A stretch of DNA of 49,471 bases from Octopus bimaculoides (lineage: Eukaryota): positions 68,693,071 to 68,742,541 of the forward strand of contig NC_068981.1 of assembly GCF_001194135.2 (NCBI RefSeq). Reading direction: 5' to 3'. The notes below the pieces were generated by a model, which saw nothing but the letters and a program-made list of their open reading frames with translations, made no database searches and was not told the origin of the DNA. The position numbers and the translations under genes were made by a program. Position 1 is the stretch's first letter; the number at the start of each line of letters is the position of its first letter. Shown here in pieces: positions 1-12,857 of the stretch.

Positions 1-450
1 ATAAACTACAGTAGCATCTTCCTTCATGGTTCAGCCACATCCAGCCAAATATACTTGATGATGTGCTGCTACTGTTTATATCTCGCTCAGAGATTTATTA
101 TTGCTTGTTTCTCCTTTTTCGATATCAGTGAATTATCGCCACGGCAAAAGTATATGTATTTGCACTGAGAAGTCAATTTTTATCTCCAGCCAGTGGTTCT
201 CGCACGCTAATGACGGGTTATTACCCAGAAACTCAGGTCCGTGTGTTTCACGCCACACTGGAGATGGGCACGATCATTTCCTTTTGCAAATATTGGTAGA
301 GCAGAGACAGTGTGTCAATAGCCAGCTGGAGGGGGAAATGTCATCCTAGGGCTATAAACCACAGTAGTTTTGTCCCTTATTGGTCAGTCACATTTTGTTG
401 GCAAATATACTTCACGATGTCCTGAAGCTACTGTTTATATACTCTTTTCT
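1..450 (-). pseudogene. Decayed tandem CUB-domain-like coding segment
   Basis: Minus translation with frameshifts gives EVYLPTKCD*PIRDKTTVVYSPR...IFAKGNDRAHL...LACENHWLEIKID...YFCRGDNSLIS...QVYLAGCG*TMKEDATVVY. This follows CUB order (C, SP, C..xLEI, FC, Y, next C). 1-81 and 354-440 are diverged nucleotide duplicates about 353-359 nt (about 118 codons) apart, roughly one CUB length. Judged by eye. Confidence 0.55.
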
Positions 451-467
451 AATATAGGCATATTTTT

Positions 468-630
468 GGGGCGGAGGGGCAGTCGATTAGATCAACTACC
501 GTACCCAGTTGGCATTTAATTTATCGACCCCGAAACGATGAAAACCAAAGTCGACCTCGGCTGAATTTGAATTCAGAACGTAAAGACCAAATACCGCCAA
601 GCATTTTGCATGGTGTGCTAACGTTTCTGT

Positions 631-632
<2 letters not shown>
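468..632 (-). mobile_element. tRNA-derived SINE copy
   Basis: Minus strand reads tgacagaaacgttagc...ctgaattcaaattc (B-box-like)...gtcgactttggttttcatcgtttcggggtcgataaatt. Homologous to the copies at 4537 and 38205 in this window. Confidence 0.85.
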
Positions 633-679
<47 letters not shown>

Positions 680-1304
680 TATATTGTACATTGATGCTAG
701 TAAATAGGTTTCAATCTGTATAATGATACAGCTTAAATTGCGAAGGCAGATTTTATTGAAATGGCATTTAAGGTCTGTTTATAGTTTCAAGACGAAAATG
801 ACAATAAATATAGAAAAACAGAGAGACGTGAAGACAAAAAGAAAGGATCATGGTAGCCTGACAAAGAAATTCCAGTTGGAAAATATACAGAATCAAATAA
901 GGAGCACAATAAAGACTTAAATGTATTTAAAACGTATTCACAACGCTTTTTCAAAATTGCTATGGCTGTAACCCCATTCGAGTATTATAAGATGGGATGG
1001 TCTAATATAGAATTTATCGTGTTAAATAGATATTCGTATGAGACGTAGATATCAATAACAGACACATAGACATAACTATATACATACACACTATGTTGCA
1101 GTGTATACATTCATATAATCCTAGAAACGATCACGAAGGATTCTCAGTATAAATAGGATACGTTCTGTCATTTTCACTATTTAGAATTTATAAGAATGCT
1201 TTCTTACGTTATAGTGAAACGACAATTATACACAGCTTTGTTTCTAGTTAAGTATAGTTAGGATATAGTATTTTTGCTTCCCATGTATAATCAGCACTGC
1301 TTAC

Positions 1305-1600
1305 CTTCATAACCCTTCCTGAAATTAACACGCATCATAATGAAAGGGGTCTTGTTTCATCAGCAAAATGTTCCAAGACACAAGTTCCGCTGATTGGGTG
1401 ACACATTCACAGCACAGTCTACGAAGATCAGACTTGAGTATTGGTCTTTTATTGCCATATTGCCAGGAATTATGAGCCCGAGAATCCGACACTTCGTTTC
1501 CAGTCTTGCCTTAAACCCGGACACACAGTGTCCTCAGGAGGAATAGTAAAATACATCGCTACTGGGAAATTTCAAGCAACGTATTTAATTTTGCATTTAA
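1305..1600 (-). pseudogene. CUB-like pseudo-exon candidate
   Basis: One minus frame reads FPSSDVFYYSS*GHCVSGFKARLETKCRIL...LCLGTFC**NKTPFIMMRVNFRKGYE. It ends at a canonical phase-1 donor GAAG|GTAAGC (exon end 1305). LGTFC resembles the CUB LGxFC motif. Confidence 0.4.
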
Positions 1601-2172
1601 TGGATTTTCAAATATTCACTCGTTAGATTTAAGAAAACACACAATACACACTATACTATCACAGTTGGAAAAGCAAATTTATAAGTACCCATACCGATTA
1701 CTAGCATATAATCAAACTTATGCACACATTTTATAAACGCTCCTGTACACCAACAAATACATGCATGTAAACGTTTATATACTATTCACAGAATGTCATA
1801 CACACATATACAGTATCAAGAACATACCAAACTCATCGACATCAGAGCACAACATAAGCACACATGCACCCACATAAATCTCATACATGTGAATAACTAC
1901 TCAAAACAGATTGACAGCACTCACGTGTTTGATATTGAGATACATGTAATAATATTACTGGGAATGAAAGGGAGAATAAAATGCAATGACATATATGCGG
2001 ATAATTTTCTATGGATGTCGCAAAAAATTGTCAGAATGCTCACTCAAAATATACGGATTATATATTAGTAGCCCCAGTCTGAAATGAGCTTCATGACAGA
2101 CCATCAGCATGACCAGACCTATATAGTTAAAAATAGGATTTAAATAACAGTATAAAGTAACAAATGAATATA

Positions 2173-2303
2173 CATGTATGTACGTATGTATGTATGTATG
2201 TATGTAGGTAGGTAGGTAGGTATGTATGTATGTATGCATGCATGCATGCATGCATATATGTGTGCATGTATACACATACTCGCACAAAAATATACATAAA
2301 ACA

Positions 2304-2385
<82 letters not shown>
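2173..2385. repeat. Compound microsatellite (TATG)n/(TAGG)n/(CATG)n followed by (TA)n
   Basis: Directly visible. Explains the overlapping YI/IY ORFs. Confidence 0.95.
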
Positions 2386-2391
<6 letters not shown>

Positions 2392-3405
2392 CGAGACCTG
2401 ATCAAAAGGTATCGTCGGGCCTGGATGTATGGAAATAAAACTACAACAGATATCAAATCGGTATTTAGTCTCTTCTATGTAAGTATATGTATATATATTC
2501 TACAGAATTATAAGATTGCAGTGAAATTTATGGGTGACCAATTACGGGATCGATTAAATGTCTGGCGTCAACTTGGATCGATTATTTTTCATTATATGCA
2601 TACATTTTAAACGTAAAGATTCCAAGAGCGTAGACAATGAATAATGTATACTATACATTTATTACAGTTATGTTGACCTGATACGAGAACAATTATGTAT
2701 ATAGCGTAGCGAAATTGTACTTATATATGCGCATTAAAATAATAGGCGTTCCAGTTAAAATTCACATCCGTTTGTGTGTATGCGTTTGAATGTGTTTGTC
2801 ATTGTATGTATATATGTTTGTTTGCAAATGTATATGTGCCAATTGATATGTTCTTGATTATATGAATATTTATATATAGCTGTATAGTTTTGTATGAATT
2901 TTTCTCCCTGTGTAGTTGTATCAAATTGTACGTGTGTATGCTTTGGTACATTGCTTTCTATGTTTCCGTGTATCTATACATTCTATATAACATACCACGT
3001 AAGTTTATGCAATTGAATTCAATTTTCTAAGACGAAAGCAAATTCTGAAATATTTCAAACAGTAGAAAATATTAAATGTAATGGAAATAACTCAGAAATT
3101 AATCAGGAAATATTGAAAACATTTGCAATTTAAAATAGTAACTGTAACGTTAGAGAAAATATCCAAAACATGAAAGCAGTTTGTCGCTTGTTTAACCAAG
3201 TATAAAATACGGTGCATACCTACGTGCACACATAAGCGTATGATCACAAAGCACATGCACACACACATGTACACGCACGTACACATATTGATGCTTATAT
3301 ACGTGTGTGTGTGTGTTTCGCGTGTTTGTATTTGGGCGTTTGTTTGTGTGTTCGTGTGTGTATGTGTGTGTAAAACAAATCAATACTTAAAACATTAAGC
3401 GTTAT

Positions 3406-3612
3406 TTATTTTATATATTCAAGTAAACAGATTGGGGCGCAGATCACTCTAAGTTGCACAGAAAAAAACCCAAACAACTCTAAATTATCTATTCTCAATA
3501 ACATTGTGTTATATTGTTTACAATTATTGCATTCCTTAGATTCAATCACAAAGTCATATAAGGGACACCTGGGATTGACATTCATCAAGAGGCAACAGTA
3601 CTTCAAGTGCAT
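3406..3612 (-). pseudogene. CUB-like segment (central part)
   Basis: ORF-track peptide YCCLLMNVNPRCPLYDFVIESKECNNCKQYNTMLLRIDNLELFGFF resembles the CUB pattern C.W.I..P....DF.IE...C.YD.L.I.DG...LG.FC. Confidence 0.5.
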
Positions 3613-4536
3613 TTTCTGGTCTGCTTCCTTAAGCTACTTGGTACGAAATGGTGTGCTTGATACACATCACCCAGAACAAATAATTCTTGAGCCAAAATAA
3701 AAAAAAAAAGTAGACAAAAATTCTGGACTAATCAGACCGAAAAATAATTTCCTTACAATCACTGCTACTTAAACTCACAAACCATAACCTATCAACATAA
3801 AATACCATAAACACTTATACTAATGAACTGACAACCCCAAGAAGGAACACTAGTACGCAAGGATCGTCCCCCTATGTTGCATCCTACCGCTCTCATGTAG
3901 AAAATATTTCTAACCAAAAGCCTAAGTCAATTACTCACTCTCAAAGGGAAGTGAAAAGATTTACAAGTGCATTCTCGACAAAATTAACTGTAAAATGAAT
4001 TACGGAGGGATTAGATATTTGGAAGTGCAGCCCCGCCCTAACATTTGAGCCGCTATTATTGAAAATATAGAAGCCTCAACATTTAGTCAATTCGATATTG
4101 GATAGTTTTATTTCTTTACATAGCCCCACAATTTCCAAAGCCTCTGCCGCATGATACAATTGAACAAGGAGTTAGGAAATTTGATAATGGTGAACATTAC
4201 AAAAACAGTTTAACTCTGAGACTATTTATTCTGTGCCCAAAATGTTATGGTGCCAAAAACACGGGTTCTCACTTATAACATATCTATGGAGTTCTCACCG
4301 GAGGTATTGCATTAGACTTGTGTATTCTTTCATTCGAGATATATATAGAATTCAAAAATTTTCAATACCTCAGAAACGCACACAAACGCACACGCTTCCT
4401 ATCATTGCCGATTCTACCATACAGGAAAACGTTGAAATCGAGATACACCATTCCTAGTATAGGCTAAAACAGAGGAGATACAGAACCAACTTTTTTTGTC
4501 AAGGGATTATATGCTCCAATACTGCACTATTAAAAG

Positions 4537-4632
4537 AAAGCGAGCCGGCAGAATCGTTAGCATGTCGGGCAAAATTCTTAGCTGTATTTTATCTGTTTTT
4601 TTTTTATATTCTGAGTTCTAATGACACCGAGG
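4537..4632 (+). mobile_element. SINE 5' head fragment
   Basis: cgagccggcagaatcgttagcatgtcgggcaaaattcttagc...ctgagttcta...ccgagg is the reverse-orientation homologue of the SINE at 468-632. Confidence 0.8.
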
Positions 4633-4769
4633 ATCCAGGAAGATGTCCAATTCTCCGGGCTATCAAAGAGTTGGTCATGTGTAGAACAACATCCCTGAAC
4701 ACTGGTGAACCGCTCTATTCGCACACTGAACACTGGCGAACAACTCTGTTTATAAGACCACCATGAGCT

Positions 4770-5390
4770 TACGTACGTACGTAATATATCAGATACAATC
4801 CAACAACTGACATATCGGTCGCACAGCACCTCTCTATCAACGCATCTCCCATCTGCAAACAGCTGAGCGGATACGACAGCACTGCCAAGTAGATAGAAGC
4901 CTCAATACTGGCCACGGAGAGGAACACTGAAAATCTGCGTATAAAAGGATATATATTGATCCACCACCTCAACACTAAAATTAAGAGTCGATCGAGTTGA
5001 GCCGGTGGCTCCTATAAAAACACCGCAGTGACTGCGGCCAACAGCATAATATGTGCCACCACCACTACTACCTCCACAGAGAGTTGATTAAGTCAACAGT
5101 TGGAGAGTGATTGTTACTGCTGCAACTTACCGCCCAGGAGATTTAGTAAGGTAACTGAATCAGTGTAACTGGACATTTCCCGAACTGCTATCTTCTGATG
5201 ATGGGCCTTTGTGTCTGAAACATAAAGGCTTTTGTAAAAGTTTGTGCATTGTTAGAATTTACCTTACATTTTACCTTTTCTTTTCCGTTTTCTGTACGAC
5301 GATGCTTCAAGCGAAATACAAAAATATTGTTACTATTGTTGCCTTTGCACAGCTTCTAAAGCTGGAGATGTACTACAGTGTCGGCTGTTA
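4770..5390 (+). mobile_element. Penelope-like element 3' remnant (GIY-YIG C-terminus plus pseudo-LTR)
   Basis: 4896-4991 translates EASILATERNTENLRIKGYILIHHLNTKIKSR, typical of the end of a PLE GIY-YIG domain. A hammerhead motif follows at 5191-5228. Boundaries approximate. Confidence 0.6.
5191..5228 (+). ncRNA. Minimal type I hammerhead ribozyme motif (degenerate)
   Basis: tctt-CTGATGA-t-gggc-ctttgt-gtct-GAAA-c-ata-aagg. Core boxes present, helix II GGGC/GUCU, helix I UCUU/AAGG. Helix III ACAU deviates from the palindromic ACGU. Confidence 0.6.
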
Positions 5391-5439
5391 ACTACCAGTG
5401 AACTAAGGTAACATTTCTTATTTTTCGAGCCCCATCCGG

Positions 5440-6531
5440 AGTATTTAGATTCCTAAATATTTGTATGTCTGGCTTTGGTCTAATTCTCTTTTTTCATTGG
5501 CATTATCTAGTGAGATGCTACTACTCTTAACTAGTTTTCCTCTTTTCAGAATTGCTTTGGTACATTTTTCTAATCCAAATTTCATATATATTTCTTTGGT
5601 AACTCCATGTACTGCCTCTAGTAGTGTTTCCAGCTGTTTGTCATTTGTAGCATATAGTTTTAAGTCATCTATATATAAAAGGTGGCTGATTGTTTTCCCG
5701 TAACATTTGTATCCGCATCCAGTTCTATTGAGCAAGTGAGATAAAGGTGCCAGTGCCAAGCAGAACAGGAGTGGAGAGAGCGTGTCTCCCTGAAATATTC
5801 CTCTTCTAATAGGGATGGCTTTGGTTTTCATGAGTCCCTCTTTTGTTTGGACCTGTAGCACTGTCTGACATTTATTCATAGAATATCTTATGTATTTTAT
5901 AATTATTGGTGCAATCTTGATTATGGGTAGTGTTTCGAGGATTCACGTGTGGGGAACACTATTAAAAGCCTTTCGGTAGTCGATCCAGGCCATACTGAGG
6001 CCTTTCTTCTTTCTGCGGCTGTCTTCAGTTATGGCTTTATTGATCATTAATTGATCTTTACAGCCGTATGAGCCCTTGAAGCATCCCTTGTGCTCTTCTG
6101 GAAACAGGTTGTTTTCTTCCATGTGCTTAATCAATCTCTGCGATATTATTGCCGTAAAGGCTTTGTAGATTGTAGGGAGACAGGTTATAGGGCTGTAGAT
6201 TTGTGGTTTCTCCGTTTCTGTGGATTTGGGAATTAGGATGGTTTTCCCTTTCGTGAGCCATTCAGGCATTCTGCTAGTATGTCGTTAAAGTTTTCAGCCA
6301 GCTTTTTGTGCATTCATGTCAGATATTTTAACCAGAAGTTGGGGATCTTGTCGTGCCCAGATGCCTTCCAGTTGCTTAGTCTATGTAGTGCCTGGATGAC
6401 CTCTTCAGTTGTTATAGGGGTCCAGAGTTGCTCAGGTGCTAAGTTCGTTGTTTTAATAGTCCTTTTCTGAGGTTGTTCTTTCACCGACCATATTTCTTTC
6501 CAAAATTTTTAAACTTCTTCTGCTGTTGGTG

Positions 6532-6532
<1 letters not shown>
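5440..6532 (-). mobile_element. R4/Dong-clade non-LTR retrotransposon RT fragment, truncated and broken
   Basis: ORFs 5943-6269 (WLTKGKTILIPK...PITCLPTIYK...AWIDYRKAFNSVPH) and 5445-5879 (RGIFQGDTLSPLLFCL...HLLYIDDLKLY...KFGLEKC...YKYLG). Upstream APTAEEV*KFWKEIW and WKASGHDKIPNFWLK are R4-type RT motifs. Confidence 0.92.
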
Positions 6533-6616
<84 letters not shown>

Positions 6617-6750
6617 ATAATTAATATTATTATTATTAGCATTATTATTATTATTATTATCATCATCATTATGATTATTATTATTGTTGTTATTAATGTT
6701 GTTGCTATTGTTATTAGTGTAACTATCATTGCAACTATTGTAATTATTTT
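6533..6750. repeat. (ATT)n microsatellite, perfect then decaying
   Basis: Directly visible. Source of the poly-Ile ORFs. Confidence 0.97.
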
Positions 6751-6840
6751 GGAAACATAATTAATTATCTTTCCGACTTTCACTCATTAGATTATATACT
6801 CAATAAACAAACTCTTTTAATATAGCCATTGAGTCTTAGA

Positions 6841-7136
6841 TTATTTGAAAATTAGAGATGTAGATAAAAATTGTATAAATAATGTGGATGTGTATGGGCA
6901 GATAAAGAGACGGAAAGTATTGGATGTGGAGCATCTTGCTTCGAAATCATAAACAATAAGTAGAATAAAAGTGAGGTACAACGATAACAGAAAAGGAGCC
7001 CACATAGAAATTGCAAGTGTGAAGAAGATTGTCTTGGCGACGCATGTTTGCAAAACGTATATAAGATACAAGGATGAAAAGATTACGTAAGTATCAGTTT
7101 GGTAACATAAAGTTTTAGAGCCTGTAATCGTGTTTT
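6841..7136 (-). pseudogene. CUB-like segment candidate
   Basis: About 98 open codons: CQNTITGSK...WAPFLLSLYLTF...VYDFEARC...TSTLFIQFLSTS, resembling the CUB start, the LTF strand and the C-terminal strand. The pyrimidine-rich strand could give this by chance. Confidence 0.33.
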
Positions 7137-8399
7137 GACATCAATAAGTCGCGGCTACTCGATGACACCGAATAATATGCAAATCATTTGCTTAATTCAT
7201 TTGTGTTTCTTAAACTGCAAGACATATTACAATGCCTTGCTATGAACGTATTGCTAATGGATAACTGCTATCATATGTTGCTTATTCGAAGTTTGTGATC
7301 ACAATTGTACTAATCAAATATTATAGGGAGGAACCGACATAATATGACGTTTCTTTTCTGTTTTCTCTATTTCTCGTGCCAGGACCTGCTTTTGTATAAC
7401 GTATTATGCATAAATTTATATTGCCTTGGTTAATTGCATAAAATAGCATTTTCCTTTATTTCTACATTTTTTTTTGTTTTTTCAATTTTTTTTGTGTGAC
7501 TTTGTTCAGCTATTGGGAACAGATTCCTACATCTGGTGGGAAATATTATCAGTGATGCAATTTTCCGATTCCATTTTAATCCAGTTATATAGAAATTTTA
7601 GGCACCAAACGTGATATAATAATAGAAATTAAATTATGTTATCTGGTTTTATTATGTTTATTCCTGCGTTCAATCAAATTAACCAGACATTTAAAATATT
7701 TGATAGACTTTTGAATCCGCTGGCATGTGTGCGAATCATTTAGAACAAGAGAACTATATGAGTGTCTGTACGTCAGTTTTGGCATGCGTATGCACGCTCG
7801 TATGTGTGTAAATGTATATGTATGTTAATGTGCATGGGTATAAATGTGTGTGTGTACGTGTATGAGTACACGTTTTGTAAATATAGGTGTGTGTACAAGT
7901 GCGTGCGTGAATACGTGTACATGTAAATGTGTGCTTAGATTTGTTTCTAGTGATATATTTTTTATGATGTTTATATTTGTTTTAGAAGCATTTTACATCT
8001 TAAAAACAAACATACAGAAATATATATGTCTGTATATGTTTTCAAATGAATATATATGTATATNNNNNNNNNNNNNNNNNNNNNNNNNNNNNNNNNNNNN
8101 NNNNNNNNNNNNNNNNNNNNNNNNNNNNNNNNNNNNNNNNNNNNNNNNNNNNNNNNNNNNNNNNNNNNNNNNNNNNNNNNNNNNNNNNNNNNNNNNNNNN
8201 NNNNNNNNNNNNNNNNNNNNNNNNNNNNNNNNNNTATATATATATATATACGTACATATATATTTATATATACCTATATATATATATATACACACACGCG
8301 CACACAAACTCTTTCATACGCACACACACAAACGCACATATACAATATGTGGGTGAAGGGGAAAAGGAGAGCGAGGTATATTCTTCATTGCTTGTGTTC

Positions 8400-8729
8400 G
8401 GGTCATTGTTTATCCAACGTTAGCAATAGCTTGTAAAGTTATGTCCACAGATTCTTTCAAAATCAAAACTTTTCTGAGAAGTGGATGTTACCGTTACTTT
8501 AAGTAACGTCATTTTGGCGTATGTTGGGAATGTTGCTATATTAGTAGTAAAAATGATTATTCCTGTTCTGGTGATAGTCATCATTTTAGCTAGCAATGTG
8601 TTCGTAACGAACATAATGTTCATGAACATGGCAATATTAAAAAGGATAAGAAGATGATATTTTTAAGCAATGCCACTTCTTAACGTAATGTTGAAAACAT
8701 GAACCATCAATTTGCAGAATAATGTGTAG
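8400..8729 (-). pseudogene. CUB-like pseudo-exon candidate
   Basis: Strong acceptor ttttgttctttcttcgctacttctatttcAG (exon start 8729). Across frames: GSCFQHYVKKWHCLKISSSYPF, then LLKVTVTSTSQKSFDFERICGHN (RxCG motif). Confidence 0.4.
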
Positions 8730-11221
8730 CTGAAATAGAAGTAGCGAAGAAAGAACAAAATTGAAGATAGCAGTGAATAATAAAATAAAGAACTACGTTT
8801 ATCGTACAAAACTTATTATGTTATTTCCTCTTTAATTATTATATATTATATATTTTATATTTTTAGTGCCATATCAAATGAACGTGCGATTAAGGAGCCA
8901 CTTTCGCTGTCATTAAGACGCTTGAGTATCTGACATATAAGAATGCTTATCTACTTGACTTTGCAGATAAATTCATAATTATATGAAGAAGTGTTGACAG
9001 ATAGTGGAAGTTAACAGCTGAAGCAATATGGTGTTGGTTAATTGCGAAGGAATAGTATATATNNNNNNNNNNTATAAAATATTCAAATATCATTACAGTC
9101 AGTTATGGAAAAGGTAATGGGTCATGTATATCACAAAAATAAGTCCTTTTCCAACCTCATGAACGAGAATCATTAACGACGCTCCTGTTTTGACACGCTA
9201 GATGTTGAAAATATTACTCATAGATTAACAAGTTCTGCAACCTCGAATAAATTTGATGTGGTTTATATCACCGCAATGACACTTGACATTAGTAACATAA
9301 CTGCAACAAGGCTCAGTGGAAAAGGCCTTCTTTCTCTGCGTATCAAGGTGAGGCCGTATGTCTCTTCTCTACTTGTTAGGTCTATGACTAAAATCTCAGT
9401 CATATGCCGTCCTTAGTTAAGCGCAGACAACCTCATACATACACAAATGCACACAGACACACACTCACACACATACATTCACACTCAAACACATATCCTC
9501 TCTTACCTATACCAAACTGCTGGCTGTGCTGGGACAACGCCATTAAATATATTAATACATACGCATTCCTTAATAACACATCTTAAATTGTAAAGCCTGA
9601 AAATATTAATTTATTTTAGTTGGGTAATTGCCATAAAATTTGCCACTTGCAAATTATGTGCTGTGTAGATTAGTAAATATTTAAAATGCTCCTCGCTAAT
9701 ATTGAGTTCGTATTGTAATGCTATACTATATTTAAGAACTAAACACACATAAACGAAAACTCACACGCAGGTATGTATGTGTATATATATATATATATAT
9801 ATATNNNNNNNNNNNNNNNNNNNNNNNNNNNNNNNNNNNNNNNNNNNNNNNNNNNNNNNNNNNNNNNNNNNNNNNNNNNNNNNNNNNNNNNNNNNNNNNN
9901 NNNNNNNNNNNNNNNNNNNNNNNNNNNNNNNNNNNNNNNNNNNNNNNNNNNNNNNNNNNNNNNNNNNNNNNNNNNNNNNNNNNNNNNNNNNNNNNNNNNN
10001 NNNNNNNNNNNNNNNNNNNNNNNNNNNNNNNNNNNNNNNNNNNNNNNNNNNNNNNNNNNNNNNNNNNNNNNNNNNNNNNNNNNNNNNNNNNNNNNNNNNN
10101 NNNNNNNNNNNNNNNNNNNNNNNNNNNNNNNNNNNNNNNNNNNNNNNNNNNNNNNNNNNNNNNNNNNNNNNNNNNNNNNNNNNNNNNNNNNNNNNNNNNN
10201 NNNNNNNNNNNNNNNNNNNNNNNNNNNNNNNNNNNNNNNNNNNNNNNNNNNNNNNNNNNNNNNNNNNNNNNNNNNNNNNNNNNNNNNNNNNNNNNNNNNN
10301 NNNNNNNNNNNNNNNNNNNNNNNNNNNNNNNNNNNNNNNNNNNNNNNNNNNNNNNNNNNNNNNNNNNNNNNNNNNNNNNNNNNNNNNNNNNNNNNNNNNN
10401 NNNNNNNNNNNNNNNNNNNNNNNNNNNNNNNNNNNNNNNNNNNNNNNNNNNNNNNNNNNNNNNNNNNNNNNNNNNNNNNNNNNNNNNNNNNNNNNNNNNN
10501 NNNNNNNNNNNNNNNNNNNNNNNNNNNNNNNNNNNNNNNNNNNNNNNNNNNNNNNNNNNNNNNNNNNNNNNNNNNNNNNNNNNNNNNNNNNNNNNNNNNN
10601 NNNNNNNNNNNNNNNNNNNNNNNNNNNNNNNNNNNNNNNNNNNNNNNNNNNNNNNNNNNNNNNNNNNNNNNNNNNNATATATATATATATATAATATAAA
10701 ATGGTCCAAGAACGCAAACATCGAGACAGTTAGGTGATACATGGAAGGGACAACAAAACATCCAGATACATGATACAAAGAATACAAGGACAAGTCATTC
10801 GGCCGGCCATTCTCGATACCGCTCCATTTCGGCAAGCCCCAAGAAAAAACCAAGCCAAGAGCATTAGATTCCTTGGAAGAAATCAGCGAATGTATACAAA
10901 AACAAGGAAGGAAAAAAAAAACGAACAATGTTACACACATACAAAAAAAAATAATAATAAATATAACAGGACATAACAACAGATGTCTTTCTACCAAGGA
11001 CGAATTGGATTAAGATGACGTGTGCGGAAGTAAGTCTTGTATCTCTACCTTACGGCAAGGATACAACATTTCACAAGCACAGGGAGGAATATCGACGTTG
11101 CCTGGCCGAACACCGGTCATGCGGGGAAGGGAAGAAGGTAGAGGTAGAGGCAGAGGGACAAAAGAATTAATGTGCGGTGAGCACCTAACTCTCTGGATGT
11201 TTTGCATTCTTGTCCCATTTT

Positions 11222-11293
<72 letters not shown>

Positions 11294-11599
11294 AGTATAT
11301 ATATATGTATATATATGTGTGTATGCATGTATGCTTGTATGCATGTATGTATGCATGCATAAACATGCGCATTCACTCACACTTACACACACGTATGTTA
11401 CATCCTTAGCTCAACCATTGAAATTCCAAATTATTAGCTTCATTTTCTTAAGGGTAACTATTCAGTTGTGGTTTTTATTTCCATAGTATATATCTGGCAA
11501 AGGAAACGGAAAACTTCATGCATTTCATATGGGTGAGTTGTGACAAAGATGTGAATAAAGCCTTTTTTGTTAATCGAAGAACACACGAATCTTTACTTA

Positions 11600-11940
11600 T
11601 CAAATTGCAAAATTAAGACTGTTAACTTGGTCAGCTTGCAGCAGAATTATCAATGACAGATTTCGACCATATATGACTGGATAATTTGGTCGTTTTCCTT
11701 TTGTCCCAGTGCCTGACTCTCAAAGTGTGATTATTGAATCTGGCCTTGAAATTACCCTCCGTGAGGCCCACGTATTTCTTCGTCGAAATTGTGTCCTTAG
11801 TGGATATAGAGTCCACGGTGGCCTCATAAATGATGGTTTCAGACATGCAAGCTGCATTTTTTATCTCTGCATGAACAGCTGGCTTCATATTGCAGTTTTT
11901 GTGTGTTGTGTGCGATTACGTTTTTAAAATTAGCAGTTGA
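11600..11940 (-). mobile_element. Penelope-like (Neptune-type) GIY-YIG endonuclease remnant
   Basis: SCSCRDKKCSL in one frame, then ORF 11631-11888 IIYEATV...KKYVGLTEGNFKARFNNH...TTKLSSHIW. Confidence 0.85.
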
Positions 11941-12857
11941 GCGGAAACTGATATTTAAGTTATGTCTGTTGAAGATCCTTCTATAACTATGGTTAACTGG
12001 AAACTCNNNNNNNNNNNNNNNNNNNNNNNNNNNNNNNNNNNNNNNNNNNNNNNNNNNNNNNNNNNNNNNNNNNNNNNNNNNNNNNNNNNNNNNNNNNNNN
12101 NNNNNNNNNNNNNNNNNNNNNNNNNNNNNNNNNNNNNNNNNNNNNNNNNNNNNNNNNNNNNNNNNNNNNNNNNNNNNNNNNNNNNNNNNNNNNNNNNNNN
12201 NNNNNNNNNNNNNNNNNNNNNNNNNNNNNNNNNNNNNNNNNNNNNNNNNNNNNNNNNNNNNNNNNNNNNNNNNNNNNNNNNNNNNNNNNNNNNNNNNNNN
12301 NNNNNNNNNNNNNNNNNNNNNNNNNNNNNNNNNNNNNNNNNNNNNNNNNNNNNNNNNNNNNNNNNNNNNNNNNNNNNNNNNNNNNNNNNNNNNNNNNNNN
12401 NNNNNNNNNNNNNNNNNNNNNNNNNNNNNNNNNNNNNNNNNNNNNNNNNNNNNNNNNNNNNNNNNNNNNNNNNNNNNNNNNNNNNNNNNNNNNNNNNNNN
12501 NNNNNNNNNNNNNNNNNNNNNNNNNATATATATATATATATATAAAACATATTGTGAAGTATGTTTGTAATGTTTTGATAACAATAAATCAAATGTAACC
12601 CCCAAAATAAACAATAAGTAGATATTAATAGCAATATATATTAACAAACTAACTTGAAAATAACACCATAAAATTGTACTATGGGCAATAACGTATAATA
12701 ACCTAACTGAATATCTCTGGAAATTTCATATCGCATTTGTGCTTTGTGGATAACATATATGGTATGAAAGAAGTTTGTCAAATAAGACATTCACAACGGA
12801 GAGAAGTTGCCATTATTGCCGCGTCAAATTCTAAATGAATATTCATATTTTGCTCAC

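Noticed and set aside
3540-3820. Decayed CR1/L2 LINE on the plus strand
   Set aside because: No diagnostic motif. The minus-strand CUB-like reading fits better.
9175-9415. Plus-strand open frame ...TLDISNITATRLSGKGLLSLRIK with donor AAG|GTGAGG, LRR-like by eye
   Set aside because: No convincing acceptor, partner exon or family match. The minus strand has only very weak CUB-like hints. Unresolved.
10690-11180. Possible interspersed repeat or Penelope 3' remnant
   Set aside because: Only a recollection of similar octopus repeats. No ORF, second copy or ribozyme core in this window.
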